Positions 24,372 to 36,469 of a stretch of 64,000 nt of DNA are shown here, one piece after another; positions within the stretch are counted from its first letter, which is position 1; every line of letters begins with the position of its first letter. A program made the translations under genes and the position numbers. The stretch covers positions 1,305,775 to 1,369,774 of the forward strand of contig MU053994.1 in assembly GCA_013239625.1 (NCBI GenBank), given 5' to 3'. This DNA comes from Lama guanicoe. Lineage: Eukaryota. The notes beneath the pieces are model-generated. The model had not been told where the DNA came from. It made no database searches and saw nothing but the letters and a program-made list of their open reading frames with translations.

Positions 24372-24924
24372 TGAAGAGGAGCAGAATTTGTCACCCCAAA
24401 GTATGCCTCACTGGCATAAGGATTATTTTAGGCTGATTATTTTTAAGAAACAGCAGACACAGGAAATACTTTGAAAGCCTGGAAGTTACCCTTTTGTAAG
24501 ATACATTTATATTTATAAGGGAAATCTCCATTTGTAAGGGTGTCTCCCTCTCTGTACCAGGAAGAGAAAGATGACTCTAAATCTCTAGAAACTCTTTATC
24601 AGTGGAGAAGGCAAGGACTTAAATCTACAAAACAACCTTACCCTTGTTTACTGTGCTTTTCCTTGTAACCTCCCACAACTGGCTTCCCATCCCCAACATC
24701 TTTTCTTTAGCTGCTAGAGATGTTATTTAAGGTGATGAGTTGAGCCATTTAGAGCAGGTACTCAGTTTTCCTGGATCTCTCCCATGTATACAGGAGGTAT
24801 ACATATTACTAAACTTCTGTTTGTTTTTCTCCTGATAATCTGTCTTCTTTATTATGGGGGTAGGGAGGGGGTCTCAGCCAAGAACCTAGAAGGGTAGAGA
24901 GAAAATGATCTTTCCTCCCTCAAA
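24372..24924 (+). mobile_element. MER34-family ERV1 solo LTR
   Basis: tgaagaggagcagaatttgtcaccccaaagtatgcc...gaacctagaagggtagag...tttcctcc; TSD CAGC/CAGC. Confidence 0.88.
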
Positions 24925-26209
24925 CAGCCATACATCTCTCAAGGCTGAAGTCCAGAGGGTATAATTTCAGAACCATGGTCTCATTCAGAATGGCGCCAAC
25001 TCTGTCCCACACACAAAAAAATTCTTTCCTCCTGGAGGTGCTCTGAATTAAGGCATTCTGTCTGGCATTTTCTCTTCCTTCATTTCTTTGCATCTCGCAT
25101 ATGCTGACATGGGATCCTCTAGCTTTAGATTTTGATGATGTTCCCCTAAGAATGTGGAATTTCTGAAAAGATCAAATCCAGCCTCCCTTCTCTTTGACAG
25201 CCATGCTCTTTTTCCTCTTCATTTCGTTGGTCATAAATGAGAGTCTTTCTATACAATTTAATTTATTTCCATTTCTTTTCTTTATTTACATCTCTTTGTC
25301 TTTATTGTGTCTGGTCTTTTCCTCTCTCTCCCCTCCAGAGTACCTAAGAGTGGTCTGTAGAGAGCATATTTTGCAGAAAGCATTCCACAGATTACAATGC
25401 TCTCATTTATTTGCTGAGAAAGATTTTCATTAGGTTGTATTAGAGTATTCTGGAATCACCCGGAAGGTGAACTCCTAGTGAAAATGCTTGGGTCCGGATT
25501 GTTAATTGAACTGTGTGCAGTCTTTCTCCAGCCTCCTGGGACTTCTCAGCCTGATTGCTAGAAACAGAGGCCAGGCTTTGTCACCTGCTGCTATCCCCTT
25601 AGCAGGTGACTCAGACCAGTCCAGCAGCATGCTGGATTTGAGATTTACTGCCTGGGAAGACAGATGATAATATCTCACTCCTCTGGGCCTAGGATGAAGG
25701 GGAAGGCAGTGAGGCAATCTGTATGCGCTCACACAGCAGAGCTCCTCCGAGGAGTAAGGCCAAGATGCTGGACTCTTTCCAGCCAGTGGAGACTCCCCAT
25801 GTTACAACAGCACCTGGGCTCTCTTGGCGCCTCCACATGCCAGGCAGGTTGACCTGGCACCATGTGCTGCCTTTGCTGGCTCCCAGTGACCAGAAAAAAA
25901 AAAGGAAAGAAAAGAAAAGAAAAGAAATTATCGCCATAACAAGGATGCTCCCAACAGTTTCCTTCAAGCCAAACTCTAGATGTTGTGGATGAGGAAACAG
26001 GCCTGAGGTCAAAGTCACTGCTGTGGCTTTGTACTGTAGTCGCTAAGCTGGAACTTTCGCCTCTATAGTTAGGGTTGGCCGGAAAAGAAATGTGTGTGAG
26101 ATTTGGAAGGTAGAAGGGAAGAAGCAGCCATCTCTATGGTTGATGTGGTCAGCGGCCACTCCAGCCTCAGCCGGACCTCCTCCCCCAGTTTCTCTGAGTG
26201 CTGGGGCAG

Positions 26210-26220
26210 GCGCATGCGCA
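26210..26220. promoter_or_regulatory. NRF1 motif GCGCATGCGCA
   Basis: palindromic core with both CpGs intact in unique DNA. Confidence 0.45.
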
Positions 26221-27234
26221 GCTTTGGGCCAGAGGTTACCCATCCATCCCTCCCTCCCACCCACCCTGCTGTCTTCAGGCTTAACAAGGGACGCAGGGTA
26301 GCAGTTCTATGCAGCCTGCTTAACAGCTCCCACAACTGCAGAGGGTTCTGCTCTGTCATAAATCCCTTACTCTATAGTTTCAGAGAGTTTTCTGCTTCAG
26401 ACCCAGCCCTAACTGATACAGTCATACAACCTTGTTTGCTGCAGAACCCAGGGACCTAGGCTTCCAGGGCAACGTGCTTCCTGTTTCTGGTGTCGCCTCT
26501 GCTTAGAGGCTCTGTCTGCCTGGTGCAGTGCTACTACTGATAAATGCTGGAAGATAAACGAGGAGGTTCTGGCCAAGGAAATCCTCAGGGTGTCCAGCCG
26601 AGAATTTGTCATCAAAATGCCTGGGTCACCCCCAAGCCTCACCTCACATTGTGCAGGGTAGACTGTGTTTGCATTACTCTTCGGGCCAGAGCAGAGTACA
26701 TAACTATGATAGACGCTGAATCAATCCTGAGTGTTTGGGTGAGAGATTCTGAGCACCATGAGATGAGTCCAGGATACAGTTAATTCTCTCCAGAGGTTTT
26801 GCCATTTTTTTGTGTAGGAAAGCTGGTGAGGAGGGCCAAGCCAACTTGTACTGAATCACTCTGTGCATGGTGACACCTTTTGCCAGGGGATTTGGGGAGT
26901 TGGGGAGGGACACGTTTAAGTTACCCTCCTTCTTTCCACATGTTTCCATCCCCAGGATGCCTCTGTCCCCAAGATGAAATATTGGGAGGTCTGAAGTCCA
27001 GGATGTCGGAGGGGTGGAGCTGAATTCACCCATAGTCAGTTAGTAATTAAACAGAACCATATCAGGGATTAGTTGTTAGTTAATGGAGAACCAGAGAGTC
27101 CCATAGGCCCCCAGAAATGGCTATTGAGATGCCAGCCCACAGAGCAGGCTGATGGGGTGGCTTGAGTCACCTGCTATGCTGTGCTGTGATTCTCTAGTGC
27201 ATTCAGGATCTGTGGAGACGCCCCTTGTCTTTCC

Positions 27235-27595
27235 AGTCCAGCTCCATTGGTTCCCATGGTGTACTTTGCCTCTGCCATGCACTCTCCTACCTCAGGACGT
27301 TTGCACTCAACATCCCCTCTAGCTGGGTCCGTCTTCCCCCAGAGAGCCTCCTGGCAGGACCCACTCCTTCACTCCTTTTCATGTTTGCTCAAAAGTCACT
27401 TCATCTTGATGAGCCTTCCCTGACTATCTGGCTATAAATCTGAGCCCTCTCCCGGATGTATTCTTGCTATAGCAGGTATCACCTGCTATCACTCCGTATA
27501 TTTACTAATTAGAACGTAAGCTTTGCTCAGCCAGAGACTTGCTCTTTCTGTACCGTGGTGTATCCCAAGTGGCGGCACGTAGTGGGCGCTCATTG
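27235..27595 (+). mobile_element. L2a 3' end
   Basis: cctacctcaggacgtttgcact...gccttccctgact...tagaacgtaagct...ggcacgtagtgggcgctca. Confidence 0.85.
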
Positions 27596-27688
27596 GGCTC
27601 TTCTCTTGCCTCACTCCATAGGATGCTGTTAGCACTGTATTCCCCGCTGACACCTCCTGAGACACAACTCCACAGACTTCAATGAGAA

Positions 27689-27707
27689 TAGCGCCCCCTA
27701 GAGCTGT
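27689..27707 (-). promoter_or_regulatory. CTCF-like motif
   Basis: minus strand ACAGCTCTAGGGGGCGCTA vs consensus TGGCCACYAGGGGGCGCTA. Confidence 0.4.
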
Positions 27708-28023
27708 GTAATAGTGGTACAGAGCCCAGTATTTGTCGAAAGGGGGCCACGGGTGGCTTCCTCTCTCTGCTTACCTTCTCGACCCACAGGCCGCTCTGAA
27801 ATCCTGTCAGCAGCTTCTAATGCTACAGCTCATATTTGAAATCTGCCCTGTGTCAGGGTGGGGAAGCTTGCATGAAGCACCGGGCTCATTTTGTTTGTTC
27901 GTGGTTTATGTTCAAACTTTGACATCTTATTTCTGAGAGATGTGAGAAAAGCACTTGATAAGCTGTCTGCAGCAGCTTCTCCTAAGGGGTCTGCCAAAAA
28001 CGGCGTGCACTCTCAGGGTCTGG

Positions 28024-28048
28024 TTTTCTTCGCCTTCTTCAGGTAAGC
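28024..28048 (+). other. recursive-splice-site-like motif (polypyrimidine-CAG|GTAAGC)
   Basis: ttttcttcgccttcttcag|gtaagc. Confidence 0.3.
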
Positions 28049-30054
28049 TTGTTTATAAGGAGGAAACATTTGTGCCGCTCAGCAGGTTTGAGAAACCCGG
28101 TGGGAATGGCTGTTTATTTGTCTTTTGATCACAAAGCCTGGGGTTTGGCTCCAAGGCTGAAAGGTCTCCAGGCCCCTTTATCTCCTCCCCTTGAGACTTT
28201 AATCTCTCCTCTGACATTCCTTTGGTCCATGGTGTGGCTGGGGAGCAGGGGAGGGGGCCCTCGCAGGTGGACAAAGATTCCCCAGCGGGCCTGCTCAGAG
28301 TCTCTGTCCTTAGTCTGACCTCCTGCCAGGGACTGGGGTTCCATCTGAGATTGGCTTCAGAGCCTAACCTCTCCCTCCCCTTTGGCCCACAAACAACTAA
28401 AAGGAAGGAATACCCGAGCCACCCACCCTCACTCCCCAAAAAACTCCAGTAAACATTCCTTCTGGGGAAGGACTCTTTTGTGTTTGAAGCCATGTCTTAT
28501 CACTCGCCTTTTATGGAATCTGAGAACGGAGGTGAGGTGAAGAGTCAAGCCGTGCAATTTGCTTATTTTATAGATGAGGACTTGGTGGTCCTCAGGGGTC
28601 CTGAGGCCTGCCTGAATCACACAGCTTCTCCGTAAAAGTTGCTGGACCGGCCCGGCGACTCCACCTCCGCTGTGGTTGTGTGATCTCCCCCACCCTGGGC
28701 GGTTGGCAAGGCGGCCCACAGCCCAGTGCCGTGTGAGCTGCCCGCGCCTAGCCTTAAACCCCAGCGAGCAGAGAATATTTTCTTTGAATCAGCATGCAGC
28801 ACCATGCAGCGTTCCCCACAGGGGGACAGAGTGAGAAAATGAAATTCAAATCACCCCTCTGGTACGCTCTTCACTTCCTTTCCTGATAGGGCACAGAGAG
28901 GAGCCAATTCTGTAGGTGAGCTGGCGGGTGTTCACAGGGCCTTTTTCCCCCGGGGCCTTTCTCCTGTCCCCAGGTGCCTCTGATAGGAGCCACCAAGAGC
29001 AGCCTGAGCCTGAGGACACAGGCACCTCCAGAACTTGCTCCTTGACACTAGGCTTGCTTCCCCAAGTAGCTGAACAGCCTTTTCGGGTGTGTGGCTGCAC
29101 CCACGTCCCGTCCCCGTCACTTGGCACCAGGCTGAGTAAACGCCTTGGGTGTTCGGCAACCTCAAGGGATCGTGAGCTGATTTTGAACTTGCTTCCTTGA
29201 ATCATTCTACTTTGGAGTAGACGGCTTTACATCTTTCTTGAAAAAATAAATAAAAACAAGTGAAAAGTCCTCAGCTTGGTGCAGTGATTTTACTCTGCAG
29301 AAAAACGTAAAGGTAAAAGACTAGACTACAAGAAGCAGCCTTTGTGCTGTCTGGGTCTTCCGGAAAAAGAGAGCAGGCAGGGCTTGTGTGCACGAGGCAG
29401 GAGCTGCTTTTGCAGAAATGGAAATGCTCCCTGTCTCTCCTTCCACACTAAGTTGCTTCATTATATTTTCAGGCGAGCAAGTCATGGGTTCCTGGTGCGT
29501 GGGACTGTCTTTTTCAATTAATGCTTTTCACAGAAGTTCAGGTTTTAAACATCTCCCCCTTTCTTCCCAGGTCTGTTACATTTCCCAGAATGGTTCCCAG
29601 TGCTGGAGATAATTCCTTTTCGGAGAACCTACATTTCTCACCTGCTGATTGCAATTAGCCACTGCCAGCTGGGGCCTGGTATGCAGCTGAAAAGCTAACA
29701 AGAAGTGGAGACCACGCGGAACCCAGACAGAGCAGAGGATGTGAATAAGTAAGGAATGGTGCCTGTGTTTTTAAGACACTCCTGTGAATTTGAGGTTTCC
29801 CGACCCTCTGGATAGTCCTCCCTCTTCTGGCTTTGTGCTCCCCACCCCTCCCCTAACTTTTTTTTTAGTCTGTAGGTTTTTAGCCTACTCTTAACATCAC
29901 AGTCACGAATTTACCACTAAGTACATTTTGTTAGGCAATAAACAGCCTCAGAAGAAAAATGAAATTCAACTAGGACTTCTGTTCCAATAATGTTGTGAAC
30001 AGTGGTGGATTCGGACAGGCCCTGCATGTAGGTCTTAAGAGCTAATCTTGAACA

Positions 30055-30217
30055 TGAGGGCTGCCAGGGCTCGGAGAGGCCTAGGGAACAACTAATCTGA
30101 ACCCCTCATCTTATAAATGATGACATTGAATCCCAGAAGGGGTGCATGGCTTGTCCAAAGTCTTAGAGGAAGTCACAGGGCTGGGTGAAGTCCATGTCTC
30201 CTGACCCCCCAAGCTCT
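30055..30217 (-). mobile_element. MIR fragment
   Basis: cccctcatcttataaatgatgacattgaatcccagaagggg...gcttgtccaaagtc. Confidence 0.65.
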
Positions 30218-30759
30218 AACCACCAAACTGCCTTGCCTTTGACCATCTTAGGCAGCCAACCTGTAGAGTTTGTGAGGAAAGCACCAAGGAGATTGGTTGG
30301 AAGGTAGTCTCTGTTGGGCAATGTACTCTCCAGCCTAAGGAGACACTTCTCCCGCGTGAGCCAGCACCAATGTTATACTCCTGGACATTTTCATCCACGG
30401 TCGGTACCCATGTTCCGATGGCGCACAGCTGCTGCCTGTGATCATCTGTCTGCCCCCTAACGGGAGAGTGCTCAGCCTTTAGGGCTGTTTTTTGTTTGTA
30501 CTGCAGGCAACAGTAGGGAATAAGCAACCAGAGGGAAATTAGCAGCTGTCCCTGGGAGCTCCACAGTGTACATGGCGGGAGGCTGCCCTGCTTGAAGTCT
30601 GTGGCTTCTGATGCAACCATATCTGCTTGGTGGGATCAAGCTGAGTCCTTTGCAGGCATTCCCTACTTCCCCTTACAGGGTCGGGCATTCCCTGACCAAC
30701 TCACGTTCCACTGGGAGAGGCTGCCTTGTAGGGTTTTATGTCGGGAAGTTGGATAGGCT

Positions 30760-31040
30760 TCTAGGGCAGCAGGCGGTAATGAAGTGTGCCTGGATGTGGA
30801 CTCTAACCCCAGCTCTGTTCTCTGGTAGGCGTGTCTCTCAGCCTCTGTTTCTTCACCTGAAACTTGGAGACTCATTATGTGTGCTCATCAGGCTTGCCAG
30901 AGGATCAGGGAAGGAGACAGACATAAAGTAGTTTCTCAATAAGTATTCATTTTCCTTCCCTCTAGTACTGTCTCCAGTTTACAGATGCAGAAAACTAAGG
31001 CCCACGGAAGTTAAAGTACCCTCCCAAGGCCACAGGCTAT
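30760..31040. mobile_element. two MIR fragments tail to tail (+ then -)
   Basis: gcctctgtttcttcacctgaaac; then cagtttacagatgcagaaaactaaggccc. Confidence 0.65.
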
Positions 31041-31139
31041 TCCATTGCCTCCAGCCATCTACTGTGTCTTCTGTGAGGCACTCAGGAAAAAAACCACACC
31101 AAATTTTCCTAACCCAAATTCTGTTCTCCAAAGAGAAGT

Positions 31140-31236
31140 GGTTCTGTGTGCTGATAAATGTTTAACACCTAGCTAGGGGTGGAGGGAGGGGAAGGGAAGT
31201 GGCGAGGAAGCTCTGATTTGTAGGGTTGTTGATTTT
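31140..31236. mobile_element. MER63-like hAT-Blackjack end fragment
   Basis: gtgtgctgataaatgtttaaca...gctctgatttgtagggttg. Confidence 0.55.
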
Positions 31237-34200
31237 TATTTTGAGATAATTGTAGATTTACATGCAATTAAAGGAAATAATATAGAAAGATCCCCTGTAC
31301 TCTTTATCCAGTTTCCCCCAATGGTAACATCTTGCAAAACTGTTGTACAGTATCACAACCAGGATACTGATATGCTATAATCCACCAGTCTTTTACATTT
31401 TCTCAGTTTTGCTTGCACTCGTTTGCATGTTTTCGTGTACTTACATCTATGCAGTTTTATCACACATGTAAGTTCGTGTATCCACCACACAGTCAAGATA
31501 CAGGACAATGCCATTACCACAGGCATTTCTCTGTTGCCATCTCACTTCCCTCGTGCTCCACCTTGCCCCACCCTTAACCCCTGACAACCTCTAATCTGTG
31601 CTCCATTTCTAAATTTTGTCATTTCAAAATGCTACGTAAGTGGAATCATACAGTATGTAAGCTTTTGGGATTTGCTGAGTGAAAAACTCAGAATAATTCT
31701 ATCAAATTTGATTCAGTTTTTATATATATCAATAGCTCATTCCTTTTTATTGTTGAATAGTATTCCATGGTGTGGGTATATGATAATTTGTTTAGCCATT
31801 CACCTGTTCAGGAATGTCTGGGTTGTTCACAGATTTGGGCTATCAAGCTACTGTGAATGTTCATGTATAGGTTTTTGTTGTAACACGTTTCCATTTCTTT
31901 GGAAACTTTGCACTCTGCTCTAGAGTGTAGTTATTGAATTGTGTAGTAGTTACACGTTTAATTTTGTAAGAAACAGTCAAATTGTTTTCCAGAGTGGCTA
32001 TACCACTTTACATTCTTGTCAGCGATATATGAGAGATCCATTTTCACCACATCCTGGTCAGTATTTGATATTGTCACTATTCTTTATTTTGGCCATTCTG
32101 ATAGCTATGTAGTGGTAACTCATTGTGGCTTTTTTTGTGTACATTTTCCTAATGGCTAATGAAGCTGAACATCTCTTCATTTGCTTATTTGACATCTGTA
32201 TATCCTCTTTGGTGAAATATCTCTTCATGTCTTTTTTCCATTTTCTAATTGGGCTGTTTATTTTTTCACTCTTGAGTTTTGAGAGTTTTTAAATATATTC
32301 TACATACTAGTCCTTTGTATCTAATATATGATTTGCAAATATTTCTCCCTAGTAGGTAGCTTGTCTTTTCATGGTCTTAACAGGATGTTTTGCAGAGCAA
32401 CCATTTTTAATTTTGATGAGGTCAAATTTATCAATTTTTCCTTTTACTGATTGTGCTTTTGGTGTCAAGTGTAAAAACTCTTTACCTAGCCCTAGATCAC
32501 AAACTTTTCTCCTGTTTTTTCCCCTAAATATTTCATAGCTTTATATTTTACATTTAAGCCCATGATCCATTTTGAGTTAATTTTTGTATAAAGTATGAAG
32601 TCTAGGTCAAGGGTTTTTTTGGTTTTTGGGTTTTTTTTTTTGCCTATGGACATCTAATTGCTCTGGTACTTTGTTTAAAAAGGCCATTTTTCTCCATTGA
32701 ATTAATTTTGCACCTTTGTCAAAAATTAGTTGGGCATATTTGTATGAGCCTATTTCTGGGTTCTCTATTCTATTCCATTAACCCATGTGTCTGTCTACTC
32801 ACCAATACCACTGCTTTGATTAATGTAGCTAAATAATATGCCTTAATATTGGGTAGAATAATTCCTCCCTTTATCTTTCTTTTTCAAGATTGTTTTGGCT
32901 ATTCTAGGGTTTGTGCTTTTTCATATAAATTTTAGAATAAGTTTGTCTGTGTCTATAAAAAAGCTTGCTTAGATATTGATAGAAATTACATTAAGCTTAT
33001 ATATCAATTTGGAGAGAACTGACATCTTTACTATGTTGAGTCTTCTAATCCATTTGCTGGAATGATTTTTCATTTATTAGGTCTTCCTTGATTTCTTTTA
33101 TCGGTCTTTTATAATTTTCAGCATACAAATCTTGTGCATGTTTTGTTAAGTGTATGCCTAGGTATTTCACTTTTTTTGGAGTAAATGTAAATGGTATTGT
33201 GTTTTTAATTTTAGTTTCCACTGTTCATTATTAGTATATAAAATGTGATTGAGTTTTGTATGTTGGTATTATATTCCGCAACCTTGATGAACTCACTTAT
33301 TGTTTCCAGGAATTTTGTTTTAATAGATGTCTTGGGGTTTTCTACGTAGACAGTCTGAAAATGGGGACAGTTTTATTTCTTCCTTTCTGATCTTTATGTC
33401 TTTTTTTGCCTTGCCAATTGCACTGGCTAGAACTTCCTGTACTCTGGTGAATATGAGTAGTGACAATGAACATCCTTACTTTGTTCCCTGTCTTAGAGGA
33501 GAGCATACAGTCATTTACCATTAAATGTGATACCGGTTGTAGGTTTCTTATAAATGCTCTTTATCAAACTGAGGTAGTTCCTTTCTATTTCTAATTTGCT
33601 GAGACTTTTTAACATGAAGGATGCTAGATTTTCAAATTTTTTAAATTTCCATTGATATAATTATATAATTGTTCTTGTTTGACTTGTTGATATTATGGAT
33701 TGCATTGATTGATTTTTGAATGTTGAACCACCTTTGCATTCTTGGAATAATCCCACTTGATTGTGGTATATAATTATTTATATCATTGTTGGATTGTATT
33801 TGATGATATTTTATTGAGGATTTTTATTTCTAAGTTCATGAGAGATATTGGTCTGTAGTTTTATTTTTTTGTACTGTCTTTCTGGTTTTGGAGTCAATAT
33901 ATTACAGGCCTCATAACATGAGTTGAGAAGTGTTGCTTCCTCTTCTATTTTCTAGAAGAGATTGGGTAAAATTGGCGTTAATTATTCCTTAAATGTTTGG
34001 TAAAATTCTCCAGTGAATCCACCTGGGCCAGGGGACTTCTTTCTGGGGAGTTTTAAATTACACATTCTGTTTCTTTAATAGTTACAGTAGTATTCAGGTT
34101 ATCTATTTCATCTTGATTGAGGTTTGTTAGTTCATGGTTTTTGACAAATTGATCAGTTCCTTCTAAGTTGTCAAATTTATGAGAGCAAAGTTGTTTGTTA

Positions 34201-35575
34201 TATTCCTTTATTATCCTTTAATAGCTGCAGGATCTATATTGATATCCCGTACTTCATTCCCAATATTGCTGATTTGTGTCTCTTCTCATTTTATATGTCA
34301 GTTTTGCTAGAGGTTTATTGATTTTTTCCCGAAGAACCAGCTTTTTGTTTCATTGGTTTTCTCTGTATTCCTGTTTTCAATTTCATTTTATTTCTGCTTT
34401 TATTTTTATTATTTCTTTTCATCTGCTTGCTTTGGCTTTATTTTGCTCTTCTTTTTCTAACTTTTTGAAGTAGGAACTTAGATATTGATTTGAGATCTTT
34501 CCTCTTTTCTATTATAAGAATTTAGTGCTATAAATTTCCCTCTCAGCACTGCTTTAGCTGAAGCGCACAAATGGTGATATGTTATATCTTAATTTAGTTT
34601 CGTTCCATGTATTTTTAAATTTTTTTGAGACTTTCTCTCAAGCCCATGAATTGCTCAGTAGTGTGTTGTTTAATTTCTAGTAGTTTTATTTTTGTCTTTC
34701 TGTTATTGATTTCTACTTTAATTCCATTATGGGAGAATATATTCTATTTGATTTCAGTTCTTTGAAATGTGTTGAGGTTTGTTTTATGAACCAGGATAAG
34801 GTCTATCTTAGTGAATGTTCCATAGGATATTATTTAGGAGACTCTGTATTTAAATCTTATTTTAGCAGGCATTTGTCCTGTTTAGGTTTAGCTTGTGGGT
34901 ATTGCCCTACTTTTGTGGCTTGTAGTTCCAATGACAATTTAGTTTTCTGAGCCCTTGAAATGTAGCTGCCTCTGATGAAGTAAAGAGCTTACCTGACCTG
35001 CCTTTTGCCACTGAAAAGAGGATGAGGAGCTATGGAGTCTAGGTGACTCTGCCATTAGGTGAAGGGTTGCATGACATTGGCCTTGGGTCACCTTCTGTCG
35101 CTGAGTGGATGGCTGGAAAACATGGGGCCTGCTAGCCCCCCGTCTACCTGTTGCTAAGTGATGGGGGATGTGGGGTGGATTGGTCCACTCAGGACCCACT
35201 CTGCCATGGACAGACTGAACCCACTGCTATTGTTAGATGTGGGGAGGGGATAGGTCAGCCTCCTGAGCTCTCCTGGTCCACTGCTGTGAGTAGACTGGTC
35301 TGCCACTGCCACTGGATGCGGGTCTTGCTGCTAAATCCCTGCCAGGCTTCCCTTTTCTTGGTAAGAAATGAAAGATAAAAAGTAGAAACCTGGGGAACTC
35401 ACCAAAGTGTTCTTCTTCAAGTCCTGAGATCCACAAGCAGCCTATCTTCTTCTACACAGCAATTATAGTCCTTTTATCATTGTTTGTTGAATTATTTCCA
35501 AGGTATTTAGTTGTTCTTGGAGGGGAAGAGAAGAGAAAATTGAGTCTATGCTATCTTGTCCCAGAACCAGAGGCC
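31233..35575 (-). mobile_element. L1MD-type LINE with 3' end, decayed ORF2 and 5' end; ORF1 and ORF2 N-terminus deleted (junction ~34824)
   Basis: 3' end ttttgagataattgtagatttacatgca...cagtttcccccaatggtaacatcttgcaaaac; continuous ORF2-like sequence to ~34824; 5' terminus gtctatgctatcttgtcccagaaccagaggc. Confidence 0.88.
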
Positions 35576-35779
35576 AATTCTTTTAAAAAATCAAAATTAT
35601 TGCTCAGAAAAGGAGTCTTTTCTGTGTGATGGATATACAGGTATTCGTTTTATATTATTCTTTATATATTCCTGTGGACTTGGAATATCAAAAATAGCTG
35701 AATGTAAGGCTATGCCAGGTATAAGGTAATCTCCCATGGATGTTACATTGTGTATTGTGGTTTACTCTCTATTATATTT

Positions 35780-36250
35780 ATTTTCATCAACAAAACACTT
35801 GTTTGGTCAAGACACCTTAGCTAGGAATTATTTCAATCAGTGCTAAATTTGGGTGGCCATCTGATAGAATAGACTGAAAATGAGGCCAAGAAACTTACTG
35901 CAAATTTAGTCATTATGCATGAGAGCATGGCCTCACAATTGCAAGAGTTAAATGTTGATGTAACAAGCCTTTTAAGGACTGCTTTAAAAAGCAATGAAAT
36001 AAGTGGTTACCTTTGGGGATAGTAAATATAAACCTGTAGGTTGATTAAAAAAATTGTTCTAATTCGAGGATGGGAACTTGAAGCTTCAGATATTTCCAGC
36101 GATACCATTATATATAAAGAGTGCCGTATCTCACTTTGGAGGGAAATGAAGAGAATGTGACCTGGAGAACTATGTCAGATACTCAAACATATCCCTGTGG
36201 TTACTAAGAAAGTCACTGATGTCAAAGATTCATGATTACCTTACACACCG
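35780..36250 (+). pseudogene. pogo/Tc2 (Kanga/POGK-like) DDE transposase C-terminal remnant
   Basis: hand translation across frameshifts: MASQLQELNVDV/NKPFKDCFKKQ*NKWL...WELEASDISSDTIIYKECRIS/LEGNEENVTW. Confidence 0.7.
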
Positions 36251-36469
36251 TTGTTTCATAAAGAAAAAGGGCAGTATTTCCAATTAATACTTAATTTTAT
36301 ATAAAACATGGTTTTAAATACATATATGTAACTTTATTAGAAAATTAAATATTACAAGTAGACCTTTCACTAGTCCATCTGAAAATATCTTTTCATTTGG
36401 AAATTCGGAGGTTAATTTTATTTGGTACAGACATATATATAGCTATTTTGGTGCTTTATATGCCCAGAA

